Part shown: positions 59,192 through 64,000 of the stretch, piece by piece | How positions within the stretch are numbered: the first letter of the stretch is position 1 | Layout: each line of letters starts with the position of its first letter | Assembly (NCBI GenBank): GCA_965243025.1 | Contig: CBDETY010000003.1 | Coordinates: 4,736,001 to 4,800,000 of the forward strand | Direction of reading: 5' to 3' | Length of the DNA: 64,000 bases | DNA from: Candidatus Latescibacterota bacterium | GTDB taxonomy: Bacteria; Latescibacterota; UBA2968; UBA8231 | Position numbers and translations under genes: made by a program | The notes under the pieces: model-generated | Told to the model about the DNA's origin: nothing | Database searches by the model: none | What the model saw: only the letters and a program-made list of their open reading frames with translations

Positions 59192-60436
59192 ATGAACGTC
59201 GTCCTCTACGAAGACGGAGGCTGGCCGCGGCTGCTGCCGCTCGTCTACACCCGCGCCGTCTTCCAACTGCGCTGCGGCATGGGAGACCTGCTGTCCCAGG
59301 TCCGTTTCCTGCTGCGGGACCAGCCTGCAGCGGATCTCTCCCTTTGCTGCCGGCCCGGGCTCGCCGGCCTCGTGAGGGAACAGACCGGCCTGCCCGTAAA
59401 CGGGAAGCCGGCCGGACCGTCCCTGCTGCTGAACGGCCGCGCCCTGTGGTCCTCCCTGCCCGAATGCGAAGAAGACGGAAAGCCCTGGGTCGGCACCGCG
59501 CAGGGAGGTACCGCCTGCGTCTTTGCCGATTCCGGGCTCACCGGTGCGCTCGCGGCCGAAAACCTGCAGGAGGGCGCCGCGTTTTCCCGGTTGCTCGAGG
59601 GCCTCCCGCGCCGCGACGCAGGCGGCAATTGCCGGCTGTTCTCCTGGCCTTGGGAAGTCGTCGGGGCCAACGCCGACGCCATGATCTCCGGCTGGGAGCG
59701 GCTCGGGCTGGGGCGCCCGGAGCGGGGCGAGATCGGACCGGGAGTCACCGTGCTGGGGGAAGATGTTTTCGCCGCCGGGTCCGCCCGCATCGACCCGGGA
59801 GCGGTCGTCGACAGCCGCGGCGGACCCGTTTACATCGACGCCGGCGTCCGCGTGCGGCCGCACGCCTTCATCGAGGGGCCGGCCTGCATCGGTCCCGGCA
59901 GCATCCTGCAGCCGCACGCCTGCGTCCGCGGCGGCACCACCCTGGGGCCGGCCTGCCGGGTCGGAGGGGAGGTCGAGGCCAGCATCCTGCAGGGGTACGG
60001 CAACAAGCAGCACTTCGGCTATCTCGGCCACAGCTACCTCGGCTCGTGGACCAACCTCGGCGCCGGCTGCACCAACAGCGACCTCAAGAACACCTATGGC
60101 ACGGTGCGCGTGCCCGTAAACGGCGAGGTGGTGGAGACCGGCGAGCGCTTCGTCGGCATGGCGATGGGGGACCACTCCAAGGCGGGGATCGGGGTCTGCT
60201 TCCCGACCGGGGCGGTCGTCGGGTTCAGCTCCAGCGTCGCCGCGGCGCGGCCGCCCGGATTCGTGCCCAGCTTCACCTGGATCGACGGCGACCGGGTCGA
60301 GCCCTACGACCGGGAACGGGCGCTCGCGGTGGCGAGGAGGGTGGTGGCGAGGCGGGATTGCCGCATGAGCGCCGAGGAGGAGAGGGTGTTCTCGTCAGTC
60401 GCCGGCGAGGCCGAACGGCTGGAGAAGGTGCCGTAG
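59192..60436 (+). CDS. Alternative GlmU-like sugar nucleotidyltransferase/acetyltransferase (hexapeptide repeats)
   Basis: LLPLVYTRAVFQLRCG, LLLNGR, GGEVEAS, NKQH.GYLGHSYLG.W.NLGAG..NSDLKN; directly after glmS. Confidence 0.85.
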   Translation: MNVVLYEDGGWPRLLPLVYTRAVFQLRCGMGDLLSQVRFLLRDQPAADLSLCCRPGLAGLVREQTGLPVNGKPAGPSLLLNGRALWSSLPECEEDGKPWVGTAQGGTACVFADSGLTGALAAENLQEGAAFSRLLEGLPRRDAGGNCRLFSWPWEVVGANADAMISGWERLGLGRPERGEIGPGVTVLGEDVFAAGSARIDPGAVVDSRGGPVYIDAGVRVRPHAFIEGPACIGPGSILQPHACVRGGTTLGPACRVGGEVEASILQGYGNKQHFGYLGHSYLGSWTNLGAGCTNSDLKNTYGTVRVPVNGEVVETGERFVGMAMGDHSKAGIGVCFPTGAVVGFSSSVAAARPPGFVPSFTWIDGDRVEPYDRERALAVARRVVARRDCRMSAEEERVFSSVAGEAERLEKVP

Positions 60437-60601
60437 AAAGGGCGAGCCCGACGCGAACTCGGGATTCGGCGAATCGGCGGATCCGGGCGCCGTCCGAGCT
60501 CCCGGCTCCCCCGGGGCTTGTTTCCGCTGACAGGCTGCCCGCCCGGGCTGACGGTTTAATTGCCCGGGATCTGAGGAAACGAAGCGGCTTCTCCCGGGCC
60601 T

Positions 60602-61516
60602 TCAGGCACGCGGCCCGCGCGCCGCGACCGCGATCCCGGCCGCCACCAGGACCATGCTCGCCAGCAGCATCCAGGACAGCTCCTCTCCCACCAGCAGCGC
60701 GCTCAGGGCCACCCCCGCCACCGGAGTCGTGAACGCGAACACCCCGAGCTGGCTGGCGCTGTGCCGGCGCAGCAGGAAAACCCACGAGATGAAACAGAGC
60801 CCGGCGACCACGACCCCCTGGTAGAGCACGGCGGCGACGACCTCCGGGGTGAAGTCCCAGGCCGCCTCCCTCTCGAGCCAGACAGAGGCCGCGGCGAACA
60901 TCGGCAGGCTCAGCAGCGACTGCCAGAACAGCACCTTGTAGGGGTGAAAGCCGCGCACCATGCGCTTCATCACCGTCTGCCGCAGCCCAAGCAGCAGGGC
61001 GCTGCCGAGAATCATCAGGTCCCCGGCGAGGTAGCCGGCGTCGGCGAGCGACAGCGACTCCGCGAAGATCAGCACGACCCCGGCGAAGGCGAGCAGAATG
61101 CCTGCGACCTTGGCGGGGGTGAGGCGGTCGCCGGGAACGAAGAAGTGGCAGAAGAGGGCGAGGAAGAACGGGTGCGCCGAAATCGTGACGCTGGCGCGGC
61201 TGGCGGTCGTGTGGAAGACTCCCTGGTTGAGCAGGCCGATCTGCACCAGGAAGAGGAGGGCGAGGAAGAGCAGCTGCCGCCGCTCTCCCGGGCGGGTCTT
61301 CAGCGGCTCCCGCGACGCGGCCGCCGCGGCTCCCACCACCAGCAGGCCGATGGCGAAACGGGCCCCGGCCATCGCCAGCGGGGGCATCCCCTGCAGGCCG
61401 ATCTTGATGAATACCTGGTTGCCCCCCCACAGGAGGGAGGCCAGCAGCGCGAGACCGGCGGCGCCGGCCCCTATGCGTTCGGCGCTGTACGGGGCAGAAA
61501 CCGCCGCTCCGCTCAA
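60602..61516 (-). CDS. DMT/EamA family transporter
   Basis: LWGGN, two EamA repeats, about 10 TMs, TPVAGVALS.LLVGE. Confidence 0.88.
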   Translation of the reverse strand: MSGAAVSAPYSAERIGAGAAGLALLASLLWGGNQVFIKIGLQGMPPLAMAGARFAIGLLVVGAAAAASREPLKTRPGERRQLLFLALLFLVQIGLLNQGVFHTTASRASVTISAHPFFLALFCHFFVPGDRLTPAKVAGILLAFAGVVLIFAESLSLADAGYLAGDLMILGSALLLGLRQTVMKRMVRGFHPYKVLFWQSLLSLPMFAAASVWLEREAAWDFTPEVVAAVLYQGVVVAGLCFISWVFLLRRHSASQLGVFAFTTPVAGVALSALLVGEELSWMLLASMVLVAAGIAVAARGPRA

Positions 61517-62172
61517 TCGACGATGGTGGCGGTGCGGATGTAGTCGAGGTTGGGGTAGAGCTTCTCGAGGTACTTGTTCCCCTTCTGGGCGATCTGCCCC
61601 TGGTTGGGGGTCCGCTTTTCGTACTCGGGATTGATCGCCTGGACCGCATCCATCCCCGAGACCACCTTGCCGAACGCGGCGAACTTCTGGCCGTCGAGGT
61701 TGGTGTTGTCGGCGAGGTTGATGAACACCTGCACGGTGCGGTTGTTCTTTCCCCGCCCCGGCTTGGCGTAGGTTATGGTGCCGACCTCGTTCCCCTGTTT
61801 GACCGGGTCGTCCGGAATCCTCGCACCGTGCCACTTAGCCGTCACTTCCGGGTCCCCGTGCATCCCCCACTGGACGATGAACCCCGGGATCACGCGGAAG
61901 AAGCGGGTGCCGTTGTAGAAGCCGTTCCTCACCAGGTTGTAGAAGCGGTCCGCCCCGTGCGGAGCCCAGTCCCTCGTCACCTCGATCACGAAGTCCCCGG
62001 CCGAGGTCTCGAACTTCGCCTTGAACGATGCCGGGGCCGTCTTGTTCATCTCGGGGCCGTCGGGATTCATCAGCGCCTCCAGGTTGGCCTCACCGGTTGT
62101 CGCCCCTTCTTCTTCCTGGCAACCTCCGGCGACGATTCCGACCGCGGCGGCCGCAGCCAGTATGCGTTTCAT
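61513..62172 (-). CDS. Cyclophilin-type peptidyl-prolyl isomerase lipoprotein
   Basis: AGG|C lipobox; WAPHGADRF, FFRVIPGFIVQWG, QVFINL.DN, FGKVVSGM. Confidence 0.92.
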   Translation of the reverse strand: MKRILAAAAAVGIVAGGCQEEEGATTGEANLEALMNPDGPEMNKTAPASFKAKFETSAGDFVIEVTRDWAPHGADRFYNLVRNGFYNGTRFFRVIPGFIVQWGMHGDPEVTAKWHGARIPDDPVKQGNEVGTITYAKPGRGKNNRTVQVFINLADNTNLDGQKFAAFGKVVSGMDAVQAINPEYEKRTPNQGQIAQKGNKYLEKLYPNLDYIRTATIVD

Positions 62173-62189
62173 CTTTCATCCTCCTGCTT

Positions 62190-62567
62190 TCAGTTCAAAC
62201 TTCTCGCAGATCTGCCCGGTGCACCGTATCGGTTCACGCCGTCCGTACCCCTCCGAAAAAACAGTTCAAAGGACAAGAACCAACCTATCATCGGGATCAT
62301 GTACAAAAGCGCGTACTTGCCGGAAAAATCGAAGTCATGGGCCCGGCGGACGGCAGAAGTCCAGCCCGTCCAGATCATCAGTAAAACCCATATCCATAAC
62401 CCTGCCGATTTTATGGTGTCCCCGAAGACGGGAAGTACGACAATCAGGCATATCAGGATGCACCATGGGAGAAGGAAGGAAAAAAGAAAAAACCTGCCTC
62501 GTCCCATGCGGCCATCGATCCATAGATGATTCCCCAGAAAACCCGTGATCCGTTGCACACCCGACAC
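62190..62567 (-). CDS. DUF805 family membrane protein
   Basis: GRMGR..F, AVRRAHD..SG, IPMIG, GT.G.NRYG; start uncertain (GTG with AAGGAGG SD). Confidence 0.8.
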   Translation of the reverse strand: MSGVQRITGFLGNHLWIDGRMGRGRFFLFSFLLPWCILICLIVVLPVFGDTIKSAGLWIWVLLMIWTGWTSAVRRAHDFDFSGKYALLYMIPMIGWFLSFELFFRRGTDGVNRYGAPGRSARSLN

Positions 62568-62584
62568 GGTTCCGGGGTCCTCCT

Positions 62585-64000
62585 TCACAAGCCGGCGACG
62601 GCGGCGGTGATCGCCCGCGCCGTGATGCCGAAGTGTTCCCACGTTTCCATGTGCCCCTCGGAAGGGGCGATGCGCGGGTCGGTGATCCCTATGTGCGCCC
62701 GCGGCAGCCCGGGTTTCGCCGCGCCGGCGACCAGTCCGGCGAAGCCGCGGAGACCGGTCCGCGCGGTGCCGATGAATCCGTCCTCGACCGTCACCACCCC
62801 GCGGGTGTACCGGGCAAGCAGCTTCTCGAGAGCCGACGGCGACAGCGGCAGTCCGTTGACGACGTGGACGTCGGCGGCCATCCCCTTCTTCTCCAGCCGG
62901 GCCGCGGCCTCCGCCCCGAGGAAGGCAGGAGCCCCGAAGGCGAGAATGGCGCGCCTGGCGCCCGGCCAGGTCCGGTACGTGGTGACCGGCTCCCAGCCGT
63001 CGTCAGCCTGCCACAGCGGCCCCGAGCCGTCCTGCCTTGCGAGAACCGGCAGCTCGTCGCGCGGGATTCCGATCACGTGCCCGCCGTAGTGGGCGGCGAG
63101 GTCGCGGACCGCGACGAAGGCGGCGCGGGCGTCCGCGGGGGCGTAGAACCGATGCAGGTAGGGCAGGTAGGTCAGGCCGACGTTGATCCAGTCCAGCCCC
63201 CACCCGGAAAAGTGGTCGCGGCCGGTGCAGGCGCCGACGTGCGACAGGTGGTAGGCGACGTTCAGGCCTTCGTTGACGCCGGTGAGGTTGCGCTGGTAGC
63301 GCCACATGTCGAAGCCCTCGCGGGCGATCCCCTCGAAGAAGGCGGCGAAAGTGGAAATCACGTTGAGCTGGGGCTCGGCGCTGCTCATCGCCAGTCCGTT
63401 GGCCAGCAGGGCGGATGCCTGTTCCTCGATGCTCATCTCGAACTGGTGGTCGGGCGCCAGAAAAGCCCGGGCCTTGGCGAGCTTGGTCGAGGCGTCGAGG
63501 TCGCAGCTGACGACGAAAACGCTCTCCGGGTGCGCCCCGGCCACCGCGGCGTACCCGGCCTCCGAGCCGGCCCGCGGGCTGACCTTCTCTCCTGCCGCCG
63601 GCAGCTCGACGGCCTCCAGGGCTTCCGCCGGCAGGACGAGGTTGGGACTGCCCGCTTTTGGCCGCGCCCTCGTGACCACGGTCCGCCTTGGGGCGCCGGC
63701 CGCCGCCGCCAGCGCCTTCCGCTGCCTTGCGGTCTCGCGGAACATCGGGTTGGAGAGCACCTCGCCGGCGTCGCGGCCCTTCATGTGGCCGTCGTGGTGC
63801 CCCTCGCCCCCCGGCAGCCGGTTGACGAGGAACAGGCACTCCAGCATCGGGACGAGGTCGCGGTAGCTCATCAGCGATCCGGGCACCCAGATCTCGCGGT
63901 CCATGAGGACGCCGTTGGCGCGCGCGAACTTCCGGGTCTCCCGCCTTATCCCGTGCTGCCCGGCGAACCAGTCGAGGGTGACGGACTCGCCGCCCCCCGA
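62585..64000 (-). CDS. Transketolase-like enzyme, pyrimidine-binding and C-terminal domains (5' end outside window)
   Basis: DLDASTK, EMSIEEQ, STFAAF, SHVG..TGRDH, VVTVEDG, HFGITA. Confidence 0.75.
   Translation of the reverse strand, partial: SGGGESVTLDWFAGQHGIRRETRKFARANGVLMDREIWVPGSLMSYRDLVPMLECLFLVNRLPGGEGHHDGHMKGRDAGEVLSNPMFRETARQRKALAAAAGAPRRTVVTRARPKAGSPNLVLPAEALEAVELPAAGEKVSPRAGSEAGYAAVAGAHPESVFVVSCDLDASTKLAKARAFLAPDHQFEMSIEEQASALLANGLAMSSAEPQLNVISTFAAFFEGIAREGFDMWRYQRNLTGVNEGLNVAYHLSHVGACTGRDHFSGWGLDWINVGLTYLPYLHRFYAPADARAAFVAVRDLAAHYGGHVIGIPRDELPVLARQDGSGPLWQADDGWEPVTTYRTWPGARRAILAFGAPAFLGAEAAARLEKKGMAADVHVVNGLPLSPSALEKLLARYTRGVVTVEDGFIGTARTGLRGFAGLVAGAAKPGLPRAHIGITDPRIAPSEGHMETWEHFGITARAITAAVAGL

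Overview
High-GC bacterial chromosomal window with about 55 protein-coding genes and one tRNA-Ala(GGC). I found no rRNA, CRISPR array, prophage or transposase. The gene content (tandem PorV-like barrels, alternative GlmU, DUF6785-like membrane protein, PhyH dioxygenases, enolase- and UxuA-like sugar-acid enzymes) suggests an FCB-group lineage such as Latescibacterota or Gemmatimonadota; this is inference only. The left half is mostly housekeeping: tgt-yajC-fmt, mfd and two PPIases, nrnA-argF, lipB-icd-moaC, a CIRCE-controlled groEL with no adjacent groES, and comM. The right half is metabolic or accessory: an octaheme cytochrome c, an EndoQ-UvrD fusion, PhoX, sugar-acid enzymes, pepF, glmS, a cyclophilin and a transketolase-like gene. 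The most striking unexplained feature is the ~1.3 kb gap at 33.35-34.7 kb. It holds a near-consensus sigma54 promoter with tandem palindromic enhancer sites and a ~240-nt structured RNA with an 11-codon uORF and competing terminator/antiterminator pairings. Two tiny hydrophobic peptides with strong Shine-Dalgarno sites and a closing terminator follow. A 166-bp TA-flanked MITE lies between a phyH-like gene and comM. All calls are by eye from motifs; no database search or folding software was run.
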